A DNA stretch of 62,350 nt from IMG/VR virus record IMGVR_UViG_3300035190_001508, positions 1 through 62,350 of that record; one strand, written 5' to 3'. The notes beneath the pieces are model-generated. The model saw nothing but the letters and a program-made list of their open reading frames with translations, did not search any database and had not been told where the DNA came from. The first letter of the stretch is position 1. The number at the start of each line of letters is the position of its first letter. A program made the translations under genes and the position numbers. The stretch is from a virus. Lineage: Duplodnaviria; Caudoviricetes. This document shows, in pieces, positions 53,144-62,350 of the stretch.

Positions 53144-53436
53144 ACATACCGAAAACAGTTACAATTGGGGGATGCAAGATTAGGATTCAGGTTAAAGAGC
53201 TTGACGAGCTGCACGGGCAGTTTTTGTACGACAAAAAGGTAATTGAACTTGACAAGGCGCTGCTCAAAGATCCCAAGGAACTAAAGGAAACCCTGCGGCA
53301 CGAAATGGTCGAAGCCGCGCTGTTGCTCGCCGGAGTGGGCTGGGGCGAACTCTACGACCAAGAACCGGTGGTGAGGGCCTTGGATAACATATTCTGGCCC
53401 GCTTGGACGAAACTGGAGAAGCGGTTGGGGGTCTAA
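53140..53436 (+). CDS. Small zincin-like (metallopeptidase-fold) protein
   Basis: LHGQF...VIELD...ETLRHEMVEA, an HExxE variant of HExxH. Confidence 0.55.
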   Translation: MNIPKTVTIGGCKIRIQVKELDELHGQFLYDKKVIELDKALLKDPKELKETLRHEMVEAALLLAGVGWGELYDQEPVVRALDNIFWPAWTKLEKRLGV

Positions 53437-53503
53437 TTGTACTACGTTTGGTCTACACAAATGCGGTCCTTGGGAGCGCGAAACCGACAGCCGCGGGCCC
53501 TTA

Positions 53504-53675
53504 AAATAAACTGTCCGCAACGTTCCCTGCAAGGTTGAAATGTATTTCAAACTGCGAAGGGGGGTATGTGGTGGACAGTTTATTTGATGATTTTAACCTA
53601 AAAAACTGTCCACCACGTTACCCCCAAGAGGGTTTAGTAAAAAGAATATATATAAGGGGTCATAGCGGACAGTTT
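53504..53675. repeat. Two tandem inverted-repeat units built from AAACTGTCCRC
   Basis: Motif at 53508(+), 53571(-), 53603(+) and 53665(-). Confidence 0.85.
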
Positions 53676-53717
53676 CTCCTTGACCCCGCATCCAGCATCG
53701 CGTATGGCTACCCCCGC

Positions 53718-54167
53718 ATGACCCAACACGAACTTCCAAACTATCCGCTCTACTGGTTCGCAACCGATGGCACACCGACCCGCAAGGAGCCGACCAAGCG
53801 CGGTCCGTCCGCTGGTGTCCAAACCTGCACCGAGTATCTTGATTCAAGAGGCAGGATTCATTACAAGCTGCTGGACGCGGCCGGTCGCAGAATGTCTGTC
53901 CTTAAGCACAACTTGGTTACCGCGGTCCAGAGTATTGGCTTTAACGAGCTGCTCTACCCGCTGCCCGGATTCCGCAGCTACTCCGTTAGCATTGACGGCA
54001 CGCCGTTCCGTGTGGAGCAGAACGGCACGGTCCGGCAGCTGTACCCAGACATAGGAGCCCGCCGCGAGCGCTTTGTTCTGTACGACAGCTGGGGCCGACG
54101 CAGACGGCTCAGCAGGCCCTCGTTGCTCCGGTTGGCCGACATCCGATTCCGCTCTGCGGTTCTTTAA
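53718..54167 (+). CDS. Hypothetical protein with two NUMOD4-like segments
   Basis: LPNYPLYWFATDG and LPGFRSYSVSIDG. The ATG follows a TTGACC-N17-TATGGC motif, so the track start at 53535 is probably too early. Confidence 0.5.
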   Translation: MTQHELPNYPLYWFATDGTPTRKEPTKRGPSAGVQTCTEYLDSRGRIHYKLLDAAGRRMSVLKHNLVTAVQSIGFNELLYPLPGFRSYSVSIDGTPFRVEQNGTVRQLYPDIGARRERFVLYDSWGRRRRLSRPSLLRLADIRFRSAVL

Positions 54168-54175
54168 TTTTGGTC

Positions 54176-54205
54176 TTGACATTCGTCACCGAAACAGTTT
54201 ATTTT
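54176..54205 (+). promoter_or_regulatory. Sigma70-like promoter (leaderless transcript predicted)
   Basis: TTGACA-N18-TATTTT, ending 6 nt before GTG 54212. Confidence 0.55.
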
Positions 54206-54211
54206 TGCGCC

Positions 54212-56440
54212 GTGGCATTCGTAAAAAGCAACACGCAGTTCCAGACCGGACTAACCGAACTCGAACTGCTTAACCTAGACGAGCAAGGCAAACCGCCTGT
54301 TGGTAGCCGACTCACTGACGCTAACGCAGCGCAGGGAATCTTTGCTGCTCTTTTGCGCGCTGACGAAAAGTCCAACATTAACCGCAGCCGCATTCAGGCC
54401 ATGTTCGACGGAGCGCCGCCGTACGACCCCGCGGTTCTGCGCAGTACCAACCAAGCGAGCCGGTGCAACCTAAACTTTGGCGAGGCCGGTCGTTTCTTGG
54501 ACTTGGCCAGCAGCGGCTACGTTGACCTTATTGACAGCGTTGAGAACCTAGTTCAGGTCGAGACCACCTACGGTGAGCCCGGCGAGCGCATGCGCAACGA
54601 CGCCATTATTGGTGAAGAGGTTACGCGTACCCTACGCAACTGGCCGGACTTCTACAGCTCGTACCTGCGCTTGGCCAACCAGTTCCTAATGCACGGTGTC
54701 GGCGTAACGTACTTCGAGGACGAACGCGATTTCCGGTTCCGCACGTGCGGCCTTGCTGACTTCCTTATGCCGCGCCAGACAATGGCAAGCGAGCACAGTA
54801 TTGAGGTCTCCGCAGCGCGCCGCTCGTACATGGTCCACGAGCTTTTCCAGTTCATCCAAGACCCAGAGGTCGCTGCACAGCGCGGCTGGAACGTGGAAGA
54901 AGTACGCCGCGTAATTACCACCGCCAGCACGCAGAACATGCCGCGCCAGTTCACGGACTGGGAAGACATCCAGCGCGAGCTTAAGAACAACGACCTCTAC
55001 ACCGGCATCCGCGCGAACGTGGTCAACGTGGTCAACATGTGGGTCCGCGAGTTCGACGGGACCGTTAGCCACTTCATGTTCGCTGAGAACAGCCCGAAGT
55101 CGTTCCTAATGCAGAGGTTTAGCCGGTTCCAGAACCCAGAGCAGGCTTTCCTTTTGTTCACTTATGGCGTTGGCACAAACGGTACGTACCACAGCATCCG
55201 CGGGCTTGGTCACCGTATTTACAACCACATCCAAACAAGCAACCGACTCCAGTGCCAGTTGGTAGACAGCAGCATGCTTAGCTCAAGCATTATGCTTAGC
55301 CCCGAAACGCCACGGGCCCTTAACGACCTTAGCCTTACCTACTATGGTCCGTACTCAGTTCTCCCGCCAAACTTCAAGGTCGTTGAAAAAGGCATCCCCA
55401 ACACGGCCACCACGGTCGGACCAGCATTAGAAAATCTTAGCCGTCAGCTTAACGACAACCTCGACTTCTACAGCAACCGCAACGCTCTTGCCGGTAGCCA
55501 ATACCGCAGCAAAAGTCAGGTGCAGGCCGAGCTCGAGCAAGCGACACGCCTGACAAGCAGCCAGATTAATCAGTTCTACTCTAGCTGGCGCAGGCTTATG
55601 CGCGAGTGCGTTCGCCGCTTGGCCAACGGACCAAAGAGCGACCCAGCCGTGCGCGACTTTTACAAGCGCTGCGCTGCGCGCGGAGTAACCGCTGACATTG
55701 TCCGCAGCATGGATTTCGATAAGACCGCCGCAACACGCGCGGTTGGCAGCGGTAACGCAACAAACAGAAGCGCGGCCCTAATGGATCTTGAACAACTGCT
55801 TCCGCTTCTTGACGAGGTCGGCAAGCGCAACGTTGTTTACGACAGAATAGCAGCAAGAGTAGGATATGAAAACGCAGCAAGATATGTACAAAGCCCAGAA
55901 GAACCTCGCCCGCCCCAAGACGCAAAAGTCGCGGAGCTCGAAAACAACATACTGCAAGGTGGTGCTCCCGTATCCGTCCAGCCCGGAGAGCTTCACGAAA
56001 CGCACCTTAACATTCATTTGCAAAAGCTGGTCGAGCTTAGCGGCGCTGTTGACGCGGGCCAAGCTGACCTTGTGCAAGCCCTTCCTGCGCTCCAAGCCTT
56101 CTCCGAGCACTGCTCCGCTCACCTCGAACAGCTCGCGCAAAACCCCTCGGCAACGGTCATCGTCAAGCAAGCCCAGCAAGTCCTCCAGCAAGCCGGTCAA
56201 AAAATCCTTAACGCCACCCGCGCAGCCCAAAAAGAACAGCTTGCCGCCCAGCAAGGACAAGGCCAAGCCGCGCCGCAAGGCCCAAGCCCGGCCGAACTAA
56301 AAGTAATGGAACAACAAATGAAGCTTGACTTTATTCGCCAAAAAGGCGAACTGGAGTTGCAAATGCGGGCAGCCAAGGCCAGCCAAGAGCAAGCTCTTGC
56401 TGATGCCAAAATGGCTGCACAAATTGCAAACCAACAGTAA
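54212..56440 (+). CDS. Portal protein
   Basis: ~740 aa, directly upstream of scaffold and capsid genes, with FLMHGVG, RGLG and a Gln-rich helical C-terminal barrel typical of podoviral portals. Confidence 0.75.
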   Translation: MAFVKSNTQFQTGLTELELLNLDEQGKPPVGSRLTDANAAQGIFAALLRADEKSNINRSRIQAMFDGAPPYDPAVLRSTNQASRCNLNFGEAGRFLDLASSGYVDLIDSVENLVQVETTYGEPGERMRNDAIIGEEVTRTLRNWPDFYSSYLRLANQFLMHGVGVTYFEDERDFRFRTCGLADFLMPRQTMASEHSIEVSAARRSYMVHELFQFIQDPEVAAQRGWNVEEVRRVITTASTQNMPRQFTDWEDIQRELKNNDLYTGIRANVVNVVNMWVREFDGTVSHFMFAENSPKSFLMQRFSRFQNPEQAFLLFTYGVGTNGTYHSIRGLGHRIYNHIQTSNRLQCQLVDSSMLSSSIMLSPETPRALNDLSLTYYGPYSVLPPNFKVVEKGIPNTATTVGPALENLSRQLNDNLDFYSNRNALAGSQYRSKSQVQAELEQATRLTSSQINQFYSSWRRLMRECVRRLANGPKSDPAVRDFYKRCAARGVTADIVRSMDFDKTAATRAVGSGNATNRSAALMDLEQLLPLLDEVGKRNVVYDRIAARVGYENAARYVQSPEEPRPPQDAKVAELENNILQGGAPVSVQPGELHETHLNIHLQKLVELSGAVDAGQADLVQALPALQAFSEHCSAHLEQLAQNPSATVIVKQAQQVLQQAGQKILNATRAAQKEQLAAQQGQGQAAPQGPSPAELKVMEQQMKLDFIRQKGELELQMRAAKASQEQALADAKMAAQIANQQ

Positions 56441-56448
56441 ATTAAAAT

Positions 56449-56796
56449 ATGCCAGTTAAAAAAGCAACAAGCCCGGCCAAGAACAAAGGCCGAGCGACCC
56501 AGAAAAATAGTCTAGCAGATTTACCGGTGCCGCTACATAAGTGGTACGCGGACCACAACAACGTGGAGCAATTGCGCGCTGTTGTGGAGAACCCGTGCTT
56601 TAGGGTCGCCTGCGCAATCCTTAGGCAACAGCACAGACCCACCGGGTCTAGCCTTGCCGGTACCGACGACACCATTGCAATTAGACACGCCTACGTTGCC
56701 GGCTTTTACGATTTTGAAGAACACCTTCAGCAGCTAACAGTGCTGCCTGCAGACCGAATTGAAATTCCCGAATGGGACTACGTATCAACACAATGA
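56449..56796 (+). CDS. Hypothetical head-assembly protein
   Basis: 115 aa between the portal and scaffold genes. Confidence 0.55.
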   Translation: MPVKKATSPAKNKGRATQKNSLADLPVPLHKWYADHNNVEQLRAVVENPCFRVACAILRQQHRPTGSSLAGTDDTIAIRHAYVAGFYDFEEHLQQLTVLPADRIEIPEWDYVSTQ

Positions 56797-57962
56797 GTGA
56801 ACAAGCACCAACACCGACCGCAGAAGCACCGAGCGCCCCCACCGGTGACTTCTTCAACGCAATCGAGCAGGCTTTTAGCGCTGCCGAAGTGACCACAAAC
56901 GAGCAGGCCCAGCCAGAGCCCGTTGAGTCATCTCCAGAGCCCACGGCTAGCACCGAGGTTCAGGAGCCAGCCACTGCAGATTCTGTCCCCGAGATTAAAG
57001 ACGAGACCGGACCAGAAGCCCCAGCTCTTCCTATTGACGAAAGCTTGGAACCCCAGAGCTTGGACGAGCCAGAAGACGGACTCGCCGGTAAAGCTGGTCG
57101 TCGTTTTAAACAACTTAAGTCCGAGCTAAAGCTAGCCAATACCGAGCTCCAGAACCTTAGACAGGAGCTGCAGCAACGCGAGTCTCGTCTAAGCGAGCTT
57201 TCTGCCGCTAACGAAACAACCGAGCAGTACGAGCAACGTTTGGCCGAGTACGAACAAGCACTCGCAATTACAAAGCTTGAGTCAACAGCAGCTTATCAGG
57301 AGCAGGTCCAAGCCCCTATGGTCCGTCTTGTCGAAGCCGCTGAAGAAATCGCCAAACGTTACGAAATCGACAGTGACGAACTTGTCGAAGCTCTTGCGTA
57401 CAGCGACCGCGAGAAACAAGACGAAGCCTTGGAGGAACTACTGCAGGGCGTAAAAGAGCGCGATAAGCTCGCAATCTACGCAATGGCGGAACAGGTTCCT
57501 TTGTTCGTGGCTCGTAAACAGGAACTTGCCGAGAACGCAGCCGCCGCGCTCGCTGAACTGGAGCAAATGGACCAGCAGAAAGTGCAGGAGCAGCTTGCTT
57601 TGCAGTTGCAGTACCGCCGGGAAGCTGCGGAGCAAGTTCAGAATAAACTCGCAAGCAAGGTTCCGTTCCTTAAGACAATCGAAGGACTCGACTTCAGTAG
57701 TATTGCAAAGCGCGCCGGTGAGACTGACTTTGACGTCTTGGACGTCCATAACAAGGTCTACAGCAAAATGGCCGGCGACATGCTGCCTAAGCTTGTTGTC
57801 GAATTTGCTAGCCTGCGTAATGAACTTGAAGAAGCTCTTGATGAGCTCGAGTCTCTTAAGAAGGCCGAGCCAAAGACCGGCAGCGGAGCAGCAGGACCCA
57901 GCGGACCGGCTAGAACCGCTAGTAACTTCCTAGACGCAGTTAACGCAGCGTTTGGTGGGTAA
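56793..57962 (+). CDS. Capsid scaffolding protein
   Basis: Acidic disordered N-terminus and long coiled coils, directly before the capsid gene. Start MSEQAP at an ATGA overlap. Confidence 0.7.
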   Translation: MSEQAPTPTAEAPSAPTGDFFNAIEQAFSAAEVTTNEQAQPEPVESSPEPTASTEVQEPATADSVPEIKDETGPEAPALPIDESLEPQSLDEPEDGLAGKAGRRFKQLKSELKLANTELQNLRQELQQRESRLSELSAANETTEQYEQRLAEYEQALAITKLESTAAYQEQVQAPMVRLVEAAEEIAKRYEIDSDELVEALAYSDREKQDEALEELLQGVKERDKLAIYAMAEQVPLFVARKQELAENAAAALAELEQMDQQKVQEQLALQLQYRREAAEQVQNKLASKVPFLKTIEGLDFSSIAKRAGETDFDVLDVHNKVYSKMAGDMLPKLVVEFASLRNELEEALDELESLKKAEPKTGSGAAGPSGPARTASNFLDAVNAAFGG

Positions 57963-57999
57963 TATTTTTGTTGGGTGTATTCATAGTTATATTAAGTTG

Positions 58000-58040
58000 G
58001 TTAAGGCTGCAAATTAAATTTTGCAGCCTTAACTTTTTGT
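58000..58040 (+). terminator. Intrinsic terminator
   Basis: GTTAAGGCTGCAAA-ttaaat-TTTGCAGCCTTAAC followed by TTTTTGT. Confidence 0.85.
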
Positions 58041-58041
58041 A

Positions 58042-58071
58042 TTGACACCCAGTACAAAACAAGCATATATT
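58042..58071 (+). promoter_or_regulatory. Sigma70-like promoter for the major capsid gene
   Basis: TTGACA-N18-TATATT directly after the terminator, giving a ~120-nt leader. Confidence 0.6.
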
Positions 58072-58195
58072 ATTCACGAACATTGCCACACAATCCTTAT
58101 CGACCTGCCAGTGGGTCCCAAATGCTGCGCTACCAAAGGGTTACCGGTTAATGTGAGTCTTCTAAACTAAACTTTAAATCTAAACTCCTACTATT

Positions 58196-59482
58196 ATGGC
58201 ATTTACAAACGTTGGTACTCTTACCCAAGGTGGTTCCGGTACCGCAGTCATTAACACTATCCTCACCGAGGAAGCAAACCGCATTGGTTCCGACATCCAT
58301 TCCGAAACCTTGCACACAAGCCCATGGATCGACCTCATTAAGAAGTCGGCTTTCCCTAGCGACATGGGTTATCAGTTGAACACAATCATTTATGATCGTG
58401 CCCTCCCAGTCCGCGACATTGATAGCGATGGCGTAACCGGCGACGAAGCAGCCACAGCTGTTGGTCTTGGTTCATGGTCCGGTGTCGGTACCGCTGAATC
58501 CGGCCCCCGTACTGGTTTCCTTGGCGCTCCTTCTGTTAAGGACGTTCTCGGACCGCAAACCGGCAAGGGCTTTGTTGACTTCACTCGTCAGCTCAAGAGC
58601 TTCTCGCTGCAACGCGCCGTCATTGAGTCGCCACGTATTAACATCGAAGACCTTCGCTTCGCGGCTCATCGCCAAGAGCAGCTTCGTGCTATTATGGACC
58701 TTCTTAAGCAATCGACCCGCTTCAGCTGGGAAGAGCGCTACCGCGACGAGTACGACCGCCTTTGCGGCTTCTCGATTAACTGCCTTGCTTCCGGCACTGG
58801 TAACGGCGCAGCCAAGACTGTCGCCACCACCGCGGCTGGGCTGGTTCCAGCTACTGCTAACATCAGTAACAAGGTCCTCGACGGTGTGTACTTCAAGCTG
58901 GTTCGCGCTGGCGCTGGCATCAAAGCTTACGGTCGTGAAAACGGTCGTCCGGTCTTTGGTCTTGTGCTTAGCTCGGAAGCTTCGTACGCGCTGCAGACCG
59001 AAGCTGGTTTCCGCGACGATGTTCGTTACAACAGCGCCAAGGTTAGCGATCTGATCGCCCCGCTCGGTGTTGAAAAAGCGTTCCGTGGCTTCTACCACTT
59101 GGTTGACGACTTGGCACCGCGCTACACGAACGCTGGTTCTGAGTATGTTCGCGTCCCCGCTTACAAGCTCAACACCACCACCGGTGTCATTGAGCCCAAC
59201 GGCGATTACGAAACCGCTGATTATGAAGCCGCTTATGTGCTTCACGAAGAGGTTATGGAAGCGCTTATCCCCGAGCCAATTAGCGGTGTTGCTGGTCTCC
59301 AGTTCAACCCCGTTAACTACAAGGGTGACTTCCGCTGGACCAACATCCCGAACGAAGTTACTAACCCGGACGGTTCCATTGGATTCTTCCGCGGTATCCT
59401 TGCTGCCGCCTCGAAGCCGATCAAGACCAACTTCGGTCACGTGATCATCTTCAACCGCGAAAGCGCAACCCCTGCTGCTTAA
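58196..59482 (+). CDS. Major capsid protein
   Basis: 428 aa after portal and scaffold, with its own promoter, strongly biased codons and a 3' hairpin. Confidence 0.8.
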   Translation: MAFTNVGTLTQGGSGTAVINTILTEEANRIGSDIHSETLHTSPWIDLIKKSAFPSDMGYQLNTIIYDRALPVRDIDSDGVTGDEAATAVGLGSWSGVGTAESGPRTGFLGAPSVKDVLGPQTGKGFVDFTRQLKSFSLQRAVIESPRINIEDLRFAAHRQEQLRAIMDLLKQSTRFSWEERYRDEYDRLCGFSINCLASGTGNGAAKTVATTAAGLVPATANISNKVLDGVYFKLVRAGAGIKAYGRENGRPVFGLVLSSEASYALQTEAGFRDDVRYNSAKVSDLIAPLGVEKAFRGFYHLVDDLAPRYTNAGSEYVRVPAYKLNTTTGVIEPNGDYETADYEAAYVLHEEVMEALIPEPISGVAGLQFNPVNYKGDFRWTNIPNEVTNPDGSIGFFRGILAAASKPIKTNFGHVIIFNRESATPAA

Positions 59483-59489
59483 TTAACCC

Positions 59490-59526
59490 GCTAGTGGTTC
59501 CGGTCAAATAAACCGGAACCACTAGC
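59490..59526 (+). terminator. 15-bp hairpin after the capsid gene (terminator or mRNA stabiliser)
   Basis: GCTAGTGGTTCCGGT-caaataa-ACCGGAACCACTAGC, with a weak U tail. Confidence 0.7.
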
Positions 59527-59543
59527 ACCTCCTCTTTAATACT

Positions 59544-59717
59544 ATGCCTACTCTCGACGACGCCCCTATTATTCCTAAAATCACCGGCGCGAACGTTGCC
59601 TCTACAGATCTTATCCAGATCTATGACGTGTCAGCCCAAAAGCCTAAGACCATTACGATTGCCCAACTGATCATTGCGCTTGACGCCCTTGACGGTGGTG
59701 TTCTCGCTGATTCCTAA
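59544..59717 (+). CDS. Small putative head decoration protein (57 aa)
   Basis: MPTLDDAPIIPKITGANVASTDLIQIYDVSAQKPKTITIAQL..., similar to the N-terminus of 808-1392. Confidence 0.55.
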   Translation: MPTLDDAPIIPKITGANVASTDLIQIYDVSAQKPKTITIAQLIIALDALDGGVLADS

Positions 59718-59773
59718 CCCCCAAACCTGCATCCTGCAGCCTTAACCCTGCAGGGTGCTACCCTTTCCCCACC

Positions 59774-60058
59774 ATGCCTATGTACCTACCAATCCCAGAG
59801 GGTCTTGAGATTCCTGAAACCGGAACCTTTGATCTTGTAACCACTTTCGAGAACCGCGAAGGTCAGCTCTACCCGATTGCTGTGGACGGTATTCCGTTCC
59901 CTGAAATGGAAGAGCAACCAGAAGCCGAAGCCGAAACCGAAGCTGAAATGCAGCCGGAAGCCGAGGTTGAAACCACTGCTGAAGTCGAAGGTGCACAGGC
60001 TCCAGATTCTTTCATGGCTGCTATTGAAAAAGCCATGACCAAAAAACAACCACAATAA
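59774..60058 (+). CDS. Small acidic protein
   Basis: 94 aa, Glu/Ala-rich, ending in DSFMAAIEKAM. Confidence 0.6.
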   Translation: MPMYLPIPEGLEIPETGTFDLVTTFENREGQLYPIAVDGIPFPEMEEQPEAEAETEAEMQPEAEVETTAEVEGAQAPDSFMAAIEKAMTKKQPQ

Positions 60059-60062
60059 ATCC

Positions 60063-60215
60063 GTGAAAACAACAATCCTAGGTGTCCTGACCATCGTAGC
60101 CACGCTTTCCAACGTCGGCATTCAAATGCTTAACGGCGCAGCGCCTGACTTTATTGGTGCCTTTGCTGCCGTGACCGCAGGAGTTGGCCTTATTAAAGCC
60201 CGCGACAACAAGTAA
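60063..60215 (+). CDS. Putative holin (50 aa, two hydrophobic segments)
   Basis: MKTTILGVLTIVATLS...FIGAFAAVTAGVGLIKARDNK, upstream of the endolysins. Confidence 0.55.
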   Translation: MKTTILGVLTIVATLSNVGIQMLNGAAPDFIGAFAAVTAGVGLIKARDNK

Positions 60216-60219
60216 ATAA

Positions 60220-60396
60220 ATGACCGCGGAGCACGGAAGGGACCTAGTTCACGGCATTGCCGGTACCGTAGCCCCGGCCTTGGGAGTCATTACCTCGTTT
60301 CAGGAACAACTGGAATGGGGGCTCCGCATGACCTCGCTAAGTATTGGTGTTGCTGTTGGACTGGTTTCCTTGTTCCGTCTGCTTAAGAAACTCTAA
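60220..60396 (+). CDS. Putative holin/membrane protein (58 aa)
   Basis: Two hydrophobic segments and a basic C-terminus (LFRLLKKL), directly before the amidase. Confidence 0.5.
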   Translation: MTAEHGRDLVHGIAGTVAPALGVITSFQEQLEWGLRMTSLSIGVAVGLVSLFRLLKKL

Positions 60397-60440
60397 ATAG
60401 GTCAAACCAGACTTCACCTACAGCACTTAATTCAAACACC

Positions 60441-61001
60441 ATGAGCGTTATTGGTATCTGTATTGGACACAGCAGAGCCGGTGACAGTGGTGCGGTTAAC
60501 ACGAACGGTGTAACCGAGCGCACCTTTAACGGCGAAGTTGGCCACCTTACGGCCGACCTACTGCGCAAAGAAGGCTATACCGTACACGTTGTTGACAAGT
60601 ACAACGGAGGCTCGTATTCCAGCGCGGTTTGCTGGCTGTCAGACCACTTGGCAAAGCTCGGCGTTACCGTAGCAGTAGAGTTGCACTTTAACTCGGCCGG
60701 GCCGTTTGCGGAGGGTCACGAATGGCTCCACTGGTTCCGCAGCACAAAAGGCCAAAAGCTCGCTAGCTGCTTTAATCAGGCTTTCAAGGAAACGTTCCCG
60801 GACGCAAAACCCCGCGGCGTAAAGGCCGCAGACAAAGAGGACCGCGGCAGTTTGTTCCTGCGCATTACTCGTTGCCCCGCCATTATTCTTGAGCCTTTCT
60901 TTGGTTCCAACAAAAAGGAAACCGAGCTCTACGCTCAGAACAAACAAAAGCTTGCGGCGGTATACGCGCGGGCCCTAGACTCTTACTGTAATGGAAAATA
61001 A
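60441..61001 (+). CDS. N-acetylmuramoyl-L-alanine amidase (Amidase_3) endolysin
   Basis: ICIGHS, GVTE, ELHFNS and IILEPFF zinc and catalytic motifs. Confidence 0.88.
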   Translation: MSVIGICIGHSRAGDSGAVNTNGVTERTFNGEVGHLTADLLRKEGYTVHVVDKYNGGSYSSAVCWLSDHLAKLGVTVAVELHFNSAGPFAEGHEWLHWFRSTKGQKLASCFNQAFKETFPDAKPRGVKAADKEDRGSLFLRITRCPAIILEPFFGSNKKETELYAQNKQKLAAVYARALDSYCNGK

Positions 61002-61530
61002 AAATCTAGTATCGCAGGTTTTCGAGGTCGTGCGCAAGCACGAGGGTTTTAAGTCAGAGCCGTACTTGGACCACAAAAAGAACTGGACCATTGGTATTGG
61101 TACCCTTATTGGCACCGGTAAAGAAGCTGATCTAAAGGCCAGCCCGTACTACAAGAAGTCCATTAACGAAGAGACCGCTAAGAACATTGCGCTTGGCGAC
61201 ATTAACAAAAAGATTGACTTGTCAAAGCGTTTGCTCGGCCCGGAGAAGTTCGACTCGTTCTCTCCTCGCTTGCAAGCACAGATTGTGCAGGGCGCTTACC
61301 GCGGCGATATTACCGGGTCCCCCAAGACCTTGCAGCTCCTTAAGGAAGGTAATTTCAAGGAGGCTTCTAAGGAGTTCCTTAACAGCGAGGAGTACCGTAA
61401 GTCCAAGCAAGACAAGACCGGGGTCGCCGGGCGCATGGAAGAGATTGCCGCGGCTATAGCCGAGGAAAAGCCCAAGGGTTTTGCTGAGTCTGTAGAGAAA
61501 AGAATCTCGCAGACTAACGTCCTTCCGTAA
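60991..61530 (+). CDS. GH24 (T4-lysozyme-like) muramidase
   Basis: KHEGF...PYLD....WTIGIG catalytic E-D-T pattern. Confidence 0.8.
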   Translation: MENKNLVSQVFEVVRKHEGFKSEPYLDHKKNWTIGIGTLIGTGKEADLKASPYYKKSINEETAKNIALGDINKKIDLSKRLLGPEKFDSFSPRLQAQIVQGAYRGDITGSPKTLQLLKEGNFKEASKEFLNSEEYRKSKQDKTGVAGRMEEIAAAIAEEKPKGFAESVEKRISQTNVLP

Positions 61531-61537
61531 ATCGTAG

Positions 61538-61566
61538 TTGACAAAAAGCCCTTAAACTAATATTGT
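61538..61566 (+). promoter_or_regulatory. Sigma70-like promoter (leaderless transcript predicted)
   Basis: TTGACA-N17-TATTGT, ending 7 nt before GTG 61574. Confidence 0.6.
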
Positions 61567-61573
61567 AGGGCCT

Positions 61574-61914
61574 GTGAGCGCGGCTAACTACAATCTTTCT
61601 ATTGCCTGCGGGGAAGACTTTTCTTTTACGCTGCGGGTTCTTACTGCTTTTGACGACCCTATTGATTTTAGCGGATCGACCTACATTGCGGAGATCCGCG
61701 AAGAGCACAAAAAGCCTCTTGTAGCGGCCTTTGCTGTTACTATTGTGGGCGCAGCAACCGACGGAACCCTTAAGTTTGCCTTAACAAACGACCAGACGAA
61801 GCTCCTAAGCCCGTCCAAACAGTACAAGTGGGACTTCTTCTGGACTCTGTCCGGGGTAACAACTAAACTCCTTTACGGAACCGTTAATGCCGTAAGTAAC
61901 ATCAGCAACGTATA

Positions 61915-61915
<1 letters not shown>
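61574..61915 (+). CDS. Fibre adaptor-like protein, paralogue of 1392-1769
   Basis: By-eye alignment with 1392-1769 over the full length. Confidence 0.65.

Positions 61916-62350
<435 letters not shown>

Overview
The window is an essentially complete ~62 kb tailed dsDNA phage genome with a podovirus-like gene set and no recognisable integrase. Both contig ends stop inside repeat-rich tail-fibre coding sequence. Layout: (+) tail and fibre genes with a glycosyltransferase and an RmlB-like dehydratase (1-13.3 kb); (-) replication block with primase-helicase, family A DNA polymerase, SSB-like protein, Cas4-like nuclease, SF2 helicase, RuvC-like resolvase, tRNA-Thr, dATP/dGTP diphosphohydrolase and a putative TerS (13.3-26.5 kb); (+) TerL, candidate ejection proteins and a ~4,370-aa polyvalent protein (26.5-44.2 kb); (-) an early-type operon of ~25 small ORFs (44.3-51.7 kb); a non-coding repeat region; (+) HNH, portal, scaffold, major capsid and lysis genes. 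The main discovery is in the early operon. It is punctuated by eight predicted self-cleaving ribozymes on the coding strand: one P1-type twister directly before the first gene (a SAM-lyase-like protein) and seven type I hammerheads, each at a gene junction. Upstream stop codons sit in or beside the hammerhead core, and every hammerhead cut would leave a 29-32 nt leader able to refold into a 5' hairpin. This reads as an RNA-only system for cutting a polycistronic mRNA, analogous to RNase III processing of T7/T3 early RNA. All calls come from reading the sequence by eye. No searches or folding programs were run, so protein family names rest on recalled motifs.
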